NCBI GenBank assembly: GCA_951406725.2
Contig: OX597823.1
Coordinates: 90,334,001-90,398,000 of the forward strand
Length of the DNA stretch: 64,000 nucleotides
Direction of reading: 5' to 3'
From: Octopus vulgaris
Taxonomy: Eukaryota
Below the pieces are notes generated by a model. It saw only the letters and a program-made list of their open reading frames with translations. It was not told where the DNA came from and searched no databases. Every line of letters starts with the position of its first letter. The stretch's first letter is position 1. Position numbers and translations under genes: made by a program. Below, piece by piece: positions 27,150-39,322 of the stretch.

Positions 27150-27600
27150 TTTTGTATTTACTGGAAAATTTCTTTTCGAAAATCCTCATTCCAAGACAAC
27201 ATTCGTTATTCATGCCTCCAAGGCAGAAATGTTAACACACAAAATTGATAAATTATTACCTTTATTCGCAACCAACTGGAATATTGAGACCGATGCCTGC
27301 ATCGCCTCAGGCACATCAAAGGAAACCAGTGCTGTTTGTATGATTAGAGAAATCTCTTTATGAAGATCGCCATCCAGAGAGAAACACCATTTCAATATAT
27401 ACAAAAGAATTAATGACAACCAGTTTGGAATTTCCCATCTATATATAAGGATAGAAAATGGATTAGATAAAAGAAATGCTTTTATCTTGTACTTTGGCTT
27501 CCAGGCCAAGATATACAATGAATGAAATTCTTCTAATGATCAGGTCAGCCTATATAACTCAGAGGTTTTTCACACCATATTTTAAGCTAGTGAAGCACAA
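27150..27600 (-). mobile_element. Heavily decayed RTE-like reverse transcriptase fragment
   Basis: Frameshifted pieces VVINSFVY / SLDGDLHKEISLIIQTALVSF / IKVIIYQFCVLTFL resemble RTE V..F.YLG...DG....EI..RI..A...F and TK..VY..CVL..LLY. Confidence 0.45.
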
Positions 27601-28149
27601 TGGTGGACTTCTGACTGCAAGATCAAATGCATTGAGTTCTGTCTTCCTCTTTCACATATAAATTCTAACATTTGAATGTAAGATCACAACATTGACAACT
27701 TTATCATCAAATGATCTATACCAAACTTTAGCAATAACTACACTCCTTGTTCAAATTTCTGCAGTTTCAGTAAGGAAGAAAAATTCTTCCACCATCACCA
27801 AAAGAGTAGTTGCTTAAGTACAAAATCAGAGTTAAACTCTAAGTGCTGTCATAAGAATAAATTCTTATGGTGGTTGTGGTGATGATGATGGTGATGATGA
27901 TTATGATGATGATGATAATAAAACTTGTAATAATGGTTTCAAATTTGGGCACAAGGCCAGCAATTTTGAGTGGGGAGAGGAAACCAATTCCATCAACTCT
28001 AGTACTCAACTGATACTTGTTTTATCGATTCTGAAAGGATGAGGACGAACGGCAAAGTTGACTATAGCAGAGTTTGAACTCAGAATGTAAAGAAATGCCA
28101 CTAAGCAGTTTATCTGATGTGCTAACAATTTTGCTAGCTCACCACCTTC

Positions 28150-28183
<34 letters not shown>

Positions 28184-28237
28184 TACGGAAGAAAATTTGA
28201 AGAAAGAAGGAAAAAAAAAAAATAAATAATAATAATG

Positions 28238-28615
28238 ATATGGAAGAAACCAAACTATGCTGGATCATAGATATAGCATGCCCAGCTGACAACAAGGTAT
28301 GCAATAAGGAAGAAAAAAAGTTGATAGATATGACAGGTTAGCTTGGGAAGTTAAGCAGTTGTGGTTGATGAAAAAGGTAGCAGTAGTACCAATACTTGTT
28401 GGAGCCCTGGGAACAGTGAGCAAAAATCTCAAGAAGTACATGGAACAAATAGGATATGCAATAAAGGTGGAGCACTTGCAGAAAACAGCACTGCTCGGAA
28501 CCGCTCGAATACTCCGGATGGTGCTCAAAAAATAAGAGGTGTTACCTTAGTTCACTGGTAGTGAACAGCTGACACTGTAGTATATCTCCAGTGTTAGAAG
28601 CTGTGCAAAGGCAAT
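28238..28615 (+). mobile_element. R4/Dong-type LINE 3' fragment
   Basis: CWIIDIACPADNKV.NKEEK/VDRYDRLAWEVKQLW...VVPILVGALG...LQKTALLGTARILRMVL; (AAT)n on both sides. Confidence 0.9.
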
Positions 28616-30436
28616 AATAATAATAGTAATAATAATAATAATGATAATAATAGCAGCAACAATAATTGTCTTGGAATATAGACATAAAGTCTTAAAAGTT
28701 ACCGGAAAGGAAAATGGCTGGGATTCAAAGTGATGTCTTTGACAATGTTGTTAGTTCATTAATGCATTTAAATAACTACAAACCCAATTCTACTGGGACT
28801 TGAACTCAAAGCATACAAAGTTGAAATAAGATAAAGTGATGCGTTTGGTGCAACATTCTCCTGCCAGCCCTACACCCCTCACCCCCCCCCGTGTCCTTGT
28901 CTTCTTCCTATAGTAATATCAATAAAGTTCCGTCTGGTTTAGTTAATCACTGAGGCATTTCCTAGATTGCACTTGTTGACTAACGAGCTGTTTTGTTAGT
29001 GTTATGGCGGTTTTAATTACTCCTGTGTGAATATGGCCCAAATTGTAATGAGTCTAAATGAATGTGTGTGTATACATATGTGTGTGTGTGTGTGTGCAGA
29101 TAATATCTTTCTCTCTCTCAACATATATATATATATTAACAAACCAAGGAAAATAATTCCTTCAAAGGTGTGTGTGAAACATCCAACTCACTGGTACTTC
29201 AGTTGAATACCGTATAAATAAGGGTATGATGCAAATTATAAAGATAAAATTGTCAATTGTATCTCTCTATTTAATTATATATATGTATGTATGTGTGTGT
29301 GTTTTTATGTATACATGTATATATTTATATATATATATACATATAAAATATATATGTATATATATGCATGTGCATTTCTGTGTTTGTTTGTATGTATGTA
29401 TGTATGTATGTATATACACACACACACACATACTTGTGTAAATGTCATCTAATATCCTTCTCATCATCCTCATTTATACATCCACTTTTCCATGCTGGCA
29501 TGGGTTAGACAGTCTTACCTCCTGGAGCAGGGCCTCATGGTTGGGTGCCCATCGCCAGGTCACATGACGCACATGGAGGATGTGCAGTCATTCTAAAATC
29601 AGGGTCCCCTCAAGGCAAGAATGTCTTCAAATTGTCTGCCAGAGAAGTCAACTGTGGAAAAACGAAGTTGGTAAAACGATTCTAATATATCTATGCAAAG
29701 TAGGCAGGGGCATGGCTGTGTGGTTAAGAAGCTTGTTTCCCCAACCATGTGGTCTTGGGTTCGGTCCCACTGTGCTCCACCTTGGAAAAGTGTCTTTTAC
29801 AACAACCCTGGGTTGATTAATGACTTGCAAACCAATTTGGAAAATGGAAACTGTGTAGAAGCCAGCCATATGTGTATGTGTGTGTGTATGAAAGGGTGTG
29901 GCCTAATAGTTCAGGTGTTGCACTCATGACTGCCAAAATCGTGGGTTCAATTCCTGGACCGAGGAGGATGTTGTGTTCCAGAGCAAAACACTTCATTTCA
30001 CATTTCTCCAGAGGTTTGGTATCGACCCTATCAGTAAAATAAATACGAGGTTAAGGAAAGACTGGATCAACAAGATTCAATAAAGCCATTTTCTTGCAGT
30101 GACACTGTTCAATGACTGAAACTGCTCGAAAAATATCTACACACATACACAAACAAACAACCACACACACACACACAGATAGATATATATTCAAATATGT
30201 ATATACACCGCAAAGTGGTGGGTGTTAGGAAGAGTATTGAGGTTTAGAAACCATGCTCGAGCTGTCAATGGAGCTTGACACAGCCTTGCAGTTCACCGGA
30301 GGCTCTCAAACTATCTCGTCCATGCCAGCACCGGAAACATGGTGACTGGTGTTGATGATGAAGATATGCACATGCACACATGTGTATGCACACAAACACA
30401 TACACACACGCACACACACAAACATCATCATCAGCT

Positions 30437-30477
<41 letters not shown>

Positions 30478-30692
30478 TTTTATTCTTTTACTTGTTTTAG
30501 TCATTTGACTGTGGCTATGCTGGAGCACAGCCTTTAGTCATACAAATCGACCTCAAGACTTATTCTTTGTAAGCCTAGCAGTTACTCTATCGGCCTTTTA
30601 CGCCAAACTGCTAAGTTACAGGGATGTAAACACACCAGCATTGGTTGTCAAGTGATGTTGAGGGGACAAACACAGACACACAAACATATACA

Positions 30693-30746
<54 letters not shown>

Positions 30747-31145
30747 AGAATTCACAAAAGAAACAAAAGATGAAGACAGGTGGTGTACAGAACAAACAGA
30801 GGTATTAGTTTAACGCTTGGGAAGTGAAAAAGTTTTTAACATTTCGAGCCTATGCTCTTCCACAGGAAGGAACACAGAAAGAAACAAAGAGAGAAAATAA
30901 ATAAATATATATATACGACAGGCTTCTTTCAGTTTCCATCTACCAAATCCACTCACAAGGCCTGAGGCTATAGTAGAAGACACTTGACCAAAGTGCCATG
31001 CAGTGGGACTGAACCCGGAACCATGTAACTGGTAAGTAAGCTACTTACCACACAACCACTCCTATACATATATATACATAAATAAATAAATATATATATG
31101 CATACATATACATACATATATATATATATATGTATGTATGTATAT

Positions 31146-31186
<41 letters not shown>

Positions 31187-31205
31187 TATATATGTATGTA
31201 TGTAT

Positions 31206-31246
<41 letters not shown>

Positions 31247-31256
31247 TATATGTATG

Positions 31257-31352
<96 letters not shown>

Positions 31353-31910
31353 TATATATACACATATATACATACATATATATACATATATGTATACATA
31401 TATATACCTATACATACATGCACCTATGTATGTACTTATATGTACCTATACCTGAAAATACACAAACACACACACACATTACAATGTCACAGACTCTCTC
31501 TACCATTAAGTTATCCAAGAATATGAAGTAATAACAGAAACCTTTTGAGCAATATGTATTCTACGAGAGATAGTCTTCCTTTTTCCCTTAATAGATTAAA
31601 ACATGAAAAAGAAAAAGAAAGCTACCATTTTTATCAGGTTTTCCAGAATTTGTTAGCTGTTCCTTAGAAAATTCTTACTGTAAAACCACTTCAGGCATAA
31701 ACATACATTGTTTCATATGATTAGGAAGAGAAAGAGGAAAGAAATTTGTCCCTCACCCTGCTGCACACTCCACCACTACCTTCTAGAACATTCCATATTT
31801 ATTTCGCTATATATAGAAGCGTCATTGCTTTAAAATGGATGCCAAATATCTTTAAATGGAATTATATATCTATACCTATATATCTCTCTCTGTCTATCTT
31901 TCTCTCTCTC

Positions 31911-31963
<53 letters not shown>

Positions 31964-31989
31964 ACACCTATGTGTATGTATGTATTTAT

Positions 31990-32491
31990 GTTGATTCCAT
32001 TTCCATGGTAAGAGAATTAAACTGGATTCCAGGTCAAAATTTGAACAGCTTTTTAAGTGTTTAAATGAGATTTTCAGAATATCTTTTCTCACGGTTAATA
32101 TTGATGTTGCTATAAGCTTTCTTGGGATAATAAGTGAAGCAATATAACAGAGAATTGTAAATCTGCGAACCGGCAAAGATCGAAGCACTTCGCTTGCTGT
32201 CAATCAACTTTACTCATCCTCAACAACCAATCATACATTTTCAGGGAAATGAGGATATTTTTGCAAAGAGGAAAATAATGCACGAAGCATTCTTTGTAAT
32301 TAACAATAGATTTCCTAAGGTATAGGTGCAGGAGTGGCTGTGCAGTAAGAAGTTTGCTTCCCAACCATGGGTTCAGTCCCACTGTGTGGCACCTTGGGCA
32401 AGTATCTTCTACTATAGCGTTGGACTGACCAAAGCCTTGTGAGTGGATTTGGTAGATGGAAACTGAAAGAAGCCCATTTTGTGTATGTATG

Positions 32492-32557
<66 letters not shown>

Positions 32558-34671
32558 CATATATATATATATATATATACATACATATATATACATATAT
32601 ATATATGCGTGTATATATACTAGCAGTATTGCCCAGCGTTGCTCGGGTAGGTTTCAACCCTTTAGAATTGGAAGTTTTGAAAAGTAAAAATTTTGCATTA
32701 TGTAGCTTGTTATTCTCTTTAAGTGAACATTTTTCTGGTTGAAATACATCGAAAAATGGTGACACAGCAGTCAAAAAATCGTAAGAAATAGGGATTTTCA
32801 TAGAAAAAAAGCACCTTTTTGATGTAAATAATTTTTGGTCTTAACATGGTCCGATTTGAATTTTATCTTCTATGGAATGAAGAGCAAGCCTTCATCTATC
32901 ATACTCTCAATTTTGGTCAACTTGTGCCGCAGGGTCTCGGAGGAGATAGTGTTAGTTGAAGGCTACCAAACCTGCCATACACAGACAACATCAGCTTTAT
33001 ATATATATATATCTGAGCATGATCGTTGCCAGGACCATGGATTGGCTCCCATGCTGGTGGCATGTAAAAAAGCATCATTCGAGGATCGTTGCCAGTGTCG
33101 CTTTACCGGCACGTTCCAGTGGCATGTGAATAACAACATTCGAGTGTGGTCATTGCCAGTGCCGCCGGACTGGCTCCCTTGCATGTAGCACAAAAAAAAA
33201 AACCTTTAGTGTGTGGTCGTTGCTAGAACTGCCTGACTGGCTCTTGTGCTTGTGGCACATAAAAGCACTCACTACCCTCTCGGAGTGGTTGGTGTTAGGA
33301 AGGGCATCCAGCTGTAGAAACTCTGCCAGATGAGACTGAGCCTTCTGGCTCACTAGTCCTCAGCCAAACCGTCCAACACATACCAGCATGGAAACCAGAC
33401 ATTAAATGACGATGATGATGATGATATGTGCATCCAGGCTCATCGGTTGCGTTGGAAGTCGGGGACAAGAAACAGGAAGAAAGAGTGAGAGAAAGTTGTG
33501 GTGAAAGAGTACAACATGGGTCGCCCCCCCCCCTGCTGGAGCCCCGTGGGGCTTTAGGTGTTTTTGCTCAATAAACACAAACAACGCCTGGTCTGGGAAT
33601 CAAAACCGCGATCCTCCGACCATGAGTCTGCTGCCCTAATCATTGGGCCATTGCGCCTCCACTTGGTGTTGCTGTGTTTATTTACCAGTAACTTTGTGTT
33701 TCACAAAAGAGACCAATAGAATAAGTACCAAGTTTAAAAAAATAATAAAAAGGAAAGAAAAGTACTAGGGTAAATTCAGTTGACTAAAATTCTTCAAGGC
33801 GGTGCCCCAGCATGGCCACAGTCTCGTGACTGAAACCAGTAAAAGAATAAAAGAACAAATAAGGATATTATTGTAAACAGAAAATAGGGCATGAAACTTT
33901 CTTTATAATTACCAATAAATTTTGTAAGAAATAAGGATATTCTTGTGAAGAGCAAATAATTCATGAAGCTTCCATTGCAAAGCAATATATTGCTTTCTTG
34001 AAATAACCCTTCCCAGAATGCATTTGAAAATAGCAATGGCTTCTGCAAATGTTTTGAGCGTTTACCTGCAGTCATTGCTGTAAGCTGTCATAAAGGTGTA
34101 ATTATGGAAGAAAGATGTGAAGAAACAATCTGCAGAGTTCCAAGTATGGTAATATCGTCTTGGGAAGGAAATATTTATAGCCAGACTATTAGCGATATAA
34201 ATAATAGAATGTCGCTCATGATTGACGAGTGGATAAATAGATGTTAGTAAGAGAAAAATCTATGGGAATGTTTAACTTGTAATATAGTCTGTGGGTGCAG
34301 TTGGGTAGTGAAGCGTGCATCTTTATGCACCCAAATGCACATTTGCTGTCGCTTCATTGCAATAGACAATTCTCTGTTCTGTTCTACAGAATCTATGAAT
34401 CTGGTTCTTGTCACAATTCTTCGTAAACTGAAAGCAAATTTTAGAAAGAGAAATGGTGATAGAAGAGTTGTAGGTAGACGAAAGGAAAGTGGGTAGATAG
34501 GAAGATATGTGTGTTGGTAGGAAGCTTTATAAGAAGTACATGGGTAGTGTAGATGTGCAGGTAACCAGGTAAGTATATATATACTCATCATATACATATA
34601 TAAATATGTATATACACATAAGTGCATGTATATGAATGAATATGTATATGTATATATACAATTCATGGCAA

Positions 34672-34723
<52 letters not shown>

Positions 34724-34910
34724 GTATATCAAAGCAATTAACAAACTGTGCTACTTTGCTTCACTTTTTATCCTGAGAAAGCTTATAAGAACATCAATAT
34801 TAATTGTGAGAAAAGATATTCAGAAAATCTTGTTTAAGCACTTAAAAAGCTGATCAAATTTTGACCTGGAATCTAGGTTGCAATTGATTCTCTTCTCTTG
34901 GAAATGGAAC
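31990..34910. mobile_element. Putative TIR DNA transposon with about 160-bp inverted ends, carrying nested insertions
   Basis: 31990-32150 is an inverted, diverged match to 34745-34910 (e.g. ttccaggtcaaaatttga.cagctttttaagtg.ttaaa). No transposase was recognised. Confidence 0.65.
32620..33010 (-). mobile_element. Non-autonomous Helitron
   Basis: Minus-strand 3' end acccgagcaacgctgggc-aatactg-CTAG|T (subterminal hairpin plus CTAG before T); 5' end tatatataaagctg typical of non-autonomous Helitrons. Confidence 0.75.
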
Positions 34911-35051
34911 AGACATACATCTGTATGTGTGTGTGTGTGTATATATATTAATAATAATAATATGACAACAAAAGAATGAATGAGACTTTGATATTATGTA
35001 CTTAGAGGAATTTATCTATAAATATAATATGTGGCAATTAGTTGGTTGCCA

Positions 35052-35113
35052 TAATAAAACTCAGAGTTTCGGATACCAGGGCTGAAGTCTGTTCCTGCAT
35101 CTCATCAGTTTTT
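35052..35113 (-). ncRNA. Type I hammerhead-like motif
   Basis: Minus strand reads aaaaa CTGATGA gatgcagg...cctggtatcc GAAAC tctga GTT tt. Stem II is gatgcagg/cctggtatc and stem III is ACTC/GAGT. Confidence 0.55.
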
Positions 35114-35640
35114 CAGACAAACAAAAATGCTATGAAAATGTCAGTTAAATAAAGGGAAATTGCTATGAAGATGACCGTTATTAAGACAACAAAAGAGCTA
35201 TGAGAGTGACTGTTATATAATAGATAAAAAATACACATTAAGTACAGGACATCACAAACAAATGAAAAATACATAAACACATAATGAGAGATAAGTATGG
35301 GCCAAAATACCAAAAGAAGTCTAATCCCTTCTCAGTTGTCGACTGTTTTACTACTCCCTATTTTGTGCATGAGTGAATGGACAAATGAAGGAAAGAAGCA
35401 CTCACTACATTTAGTAGGAGTTACATATACTATTATTGAATGATTCAGCCCAAAATTTATTGTTACTGACAGAATATTACATTATTTACATTTGATGGCT
35501 ATTTGTCCTCATCTTGTTTGTTGTTAACACAATGTTTCGGCTGATATACCCTCCAGCCTTCATTTCTTGGGGAAATTTCGAACCAGGGTTCTCATTCCTA
35601 AGGTATTTTTTGACCTGAATAATAATAATAATAATAATAA

Positions 35641-36082
35641 TTATAGATAGAGAAATTAAGGCCAATAGACCAGATATAGTTGTCAGAGATCATGAAGAAA
35701 AAAAATGCTTTCTAATTGATGTATCAATACCGGCAGATGACAACGTGTCTCTAAAAGAAATGGAGAAACTCTCAAAATACAAAGACCTGGAAATAGAGGT
35801 AACTAGAATGTGGAACCTGAAAACAGAAACAATTCCTATCATAGTAGGTGCATTAGGCATGATAAAATAATATTCAGACAAATACATAACAAAAACACCA
35901 GGACTTACAAACACATATAACATACAGAAAATTGCACTACTAGGCACTGCACACATCCTACGCAGAACACTTTCCATACAATAACCATCAGAGCATCACA
36001 ACAAATCACAGCACATACCCAAGGCACACAGAGCTGCACTCGGTAGTGAAGTGAAAGCACACTATAAAAATAAAACTACTGA
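35641..36082 (+). mobile_element. R4/Dong-type LINE 3' fragment with RLE motif
   Basis: IDREIKANRPDIVVRDHEEKKCFLIDVSIPADDNVSLKEMEKLSKYKDLEIEVTRMW...IIVGALG...IQKIALLGTAHILRRTLS, with one in-frame stop; (AAT)n on both sides. Confidence 0.93.
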
Positions 36083-36149
36083 ATAATAATAATAATAATA
36101 ACATAAAAAAATACCTTAAGAATGTGAACCAGGTTCGAAATTTCCCAAA

Positions 36150-36195
36150 GACACCTGATGAAGGCTGGAGGGTATATCAGCCGAAACATTGTGTA
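36150..36195 (+). ncRNA. Minimal type I hammerhead ribozyme motif (Penelope-type)
   Basis: acac CTGATGA a GGCTG gagggtatat CAGCC GAAAC ATT gtgt. The core is intact, stem II is 5 bp, and stem I is acac/gtgt. Confidence 0.7.
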
Positions 36196-36529
36196 AAAAA
36201 CAAACAAGATGAGGACAAAAATCCATCAAATGTAAATAATGTAAATAATGTGCATAATTCCTCATCTCTTAAATATAGAACAGAAGTAATATTAGTTCCA
36301 AAAAGCAATTTTTACATCTTACTGAACATGGATATACTGTAAGAAAGTCACAATACTGTGGGTTTTGTGTTGGAAAGCATCTCATATCGATATATAATGC
36401 TAAAATGCATAGAAGTATCAGCAGCAGATGAAATGTGTATATACCTGATACTTTCTGAAGATGAATTCCACAGTATTGTGGCTCTTACACTGCAGCCACA
36501 TTAAGTAAGATATACAGATTGATTATATA

Positions 36530-36611
<82 letters not shown>

Positions 36612-37029
36612 ATAAGTAAGGGCAAACGAAAAAATTTCTAATGCCAAAATATGCCGAAAATAGACACAACATCAATAACCATGTAATTTATCACTACAAG
36701 CACGTGTTTTGAAGAAAGCCGACAGAAATTTCTAAAAAAAATCTCATTATTACCATATTGGACCCGATTTCAGAGTTAGTTCGTAAGAACCTTCCCTTCA
36801 TCAGTGATAAATGCGGCAAAGAAATATGTGAAATATTTACTTATACCCATGGAAGAAGTGAACACTAAGTCATGAGCACAATTAAGTACCCCAAATATAT
36901 CCAAAATAGAAACTCTGTAATGAATAATTAGTGTTGCAAACGTTATTGACTGCAGACACTCAATGCATGTGTTTTGCTTGTTCACCGGTTTGCTGTGGTA
37001 CAGCGCTTTGGGGATGACTACCAGCTAAT

Positions 37030-37313
37030 ACTGGTTGTTAAAACACTTGAAAGTTATAGGCAGGTGAGACAACTCACCCCAGACCCATTCAGGTGTGGTG
37101 GATATTGATATTTTGCCATTTCTGTGGCTTACCAATGTCATGTACTGGAATTGAACCAAGGACAATCTGAATCACCAACGTACGACTGTATATAAATGAT
37201 ATATTGATACCATTTGCTGGTATGCCACAACACTGCATATCCATGAATCCCGAATGGGATCTGGGGTGAATTGTCTCACCTGTCGAGGACTGTCAGGTGT
37301 TTTAACATCCAGT
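37030..37313. mobile_element. MITE-like imperfect inverted repeat
   Basis: actggttgttaaaacac...caggtgagacaactcaccccagacccattc pairs with gaatgggatctggggtgaattgtctcacctg...gtgttttaacatccagt. Confidence 0.8.
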
Positions 37314-37797
37314 GCAATTGCCCAGTCAGGGATTTGAAACTACAATCTTACAATCATGAACCCAACACCCTAACCACTATGCTACATGCTTCCACACACA
37401 CTTACACACACATGTGTGTGTGTGTGTGTGCGTATTGAGCCAGAAACACATGTCCAGGACTGTCCACTTACTTCCAGACAATAAGCCTGTCTTTTACCTT
37501 AATGCCTTGTCATCTTTAGAGTATTCTTGAATCTCAAGATTATCTTCCATTCTGAAGTGGAGACGGTCTTAATTACCGTTTGGTAATTATGATACATCCT
37601 CTAGAGGCGAGGATAATTTTAATAAATCAATAATTTATATTGAATGGTTATTTCATATTGTCTATGTTGCACACTGGCTTATTTCTCTCACCTCATTTTG
37701 GTTTAGATGATGATGATGGTGGTGGTGGTGGTGGTGGTGATGATGATGATGATGATGATGTGTGTGTGTGTGATGTGATGATGATGATGATGATGAT

Positions 37798-37833
<36 letters not shown>

Positions 37834-38698
37834 TTGTCTGGTAAGAAGCTTGTTTCCCAACTACATGGTTCTTGTTTCAGTCCCACTGTGTGGCACCTTG
37901 GGCAAGTGTCTTCTACTCATAGCCTCGGGCCGACCAAAGCCTCGAGAGAGGGTTTGGTTGACAGAAACTGAAAGAGGCTGTTTGTGTGTGTGTGTGATTA
38001 TGTCTATTTGTCCACTACAACCACTTGACAGCTGGTGTTAGTGTGTTTATGTCCCTGTAACTTAATGATCTGGTGAAAAAGACTGACAAAAATGTACCAG
38101 AACTTAAGAAAAGTAAAAAAAAAAAAGAAGCAAATACTGGGGGAATTCGTTTGATTAAAATTCTTCAAGGCGGTGCCCCAGCATGGCCACAGCTTAATGA
38201 CAGGAAAAAGTAAAAATAGAGGATCATCATTTAATGTTCCAAGCTGTTATGGAAGACAGACATTTCATTGGATCCAGTGAGCTGGCAGGCTATAAATGTC
38301 AGTTTTTGCATGGTTTCAATGTCTGGTTTCTTTCTAACGCTAGTTTACATATAATAATAATAATATTAATAATAATAATAAAATTATAGACCCTGAAGTG
38401 GTTCTCTCCCCCTCTTACACAAAAGCAACTGTAGATGGTAGCACCAACAGTCCCCAGTCAAAAAAAACATTCCCACATGTATGTGAATATACCATCATCT
38501 TCATCATCATCATCATCATTTAATGCTCCCTTTCCATGCTGGCATGGGTTAGATGGCTTGACTGGAAGTGGTAAGCCAGAGAGCTGCTCCAGACTCCTGT
38601 CTGATTTGGCATGGTTTGTATGGCTGGATGCCCTTCCTAATGCCAACCACTCTGAGAGTGTGATGGATGCTTTTTACATGCCACCAGCATGGGTACCA

Positions 38699-38739
<41 letters not shown>

Positions 38740-38861
38740 AAATTTACAGAAAACAAAAGATGAAGACAGGTGAAGGAACAACAAGCAGGTGCATTACCTT
38801 AATGCTCAGGAAGAATGGAAAAGTGTGACATTTTGAGCCTACACTCCTCAACAGAAGTGAT

Positions 38862-39322
38862 ATTACATTATTTACATTAGACAGATATTTGTCCTCATCT
38901 TGTTTGTTGTTAATGTTTCAGCTGATATACCCTCCAGCCTTTGTTAGGTGTCTTGGGGAAATTTCGAACCTGGATTCTCATTCCTAAGGTATTTTTCGAT
39001 GTTGTTATAATCATCATCATCATCATCATTATTATTATTATTATTTAGGTCACTGCCTGGAATCGAACTCGGAATCTTGAGGTTAGTAGCTCACGCTCTT
39101 AACCACTACACCATATGCCCCTAGTAATACTAATAATTATAATAATAACAACATTGAAAAATACCTTAGGAATGAGAACCCTGGTTTGAAATTTCCCCAA
39201 GACACCTGAAGAAGGCTGGAGGGTATATCAGCCGAAATGTGTTAACAACAAACAAGATGAGGACGAATATCTGCCAAATGTAAATAATGTACATAATTCC
39301 TCATCTCTTAAATATAGAACTG
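38862..39322 (-). mobile_element. Hammerhead-tailed composite element, copy 2 (cleanest copy)
   Basis: tRNA-like head 39120-39047, (AAT/GAT)n spacer, tail 39005-38862, and inverted tail copy 39148-39322 with CTGAAGA (39206-39212) and GAAA (39234-39237). Confidence 0.82.
39047..39120 (-). promoter_or_regulatory. tRNA-like Pol III internal promoter (SINE head, not a functional tRNA)
   Basis: GGGCATATGGTGTAGTGGTTAAGAGC...CCGAGTTCGATTCCAGGCAGTGACC: A box TGGTGTAGTGG, B box GTTCGATTC. Second copy at 56832-56908. Confidence 0.75.

Larger units (their letters stand above)
35476..36281 (+). mobile_element. Hammerhead-tailed composite element, copy 1 (5'-truncated; inverted tail 35476-35610; Dong insertion in spacer)
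   Basis: Order: inverted arm, remnant of the tRNA-like head end (tgacctgaat, 35611-35620), (AAT)n, direct arm 36100-36281. Confidence 0.8.

Noticed and set aside
27145-27363. + strand 72-aa ORF as a host gene
   Set aside because: No recognisable motif; the opposite strand better fits a decayed RTE reverse transcriptase.
39047-39120. Functional tRNA gene
   Set aside because: The acceptor stem does not pair convincingly, and the sequence is embedded in a repeated composite element. The same applies to the SINE A and B heads.
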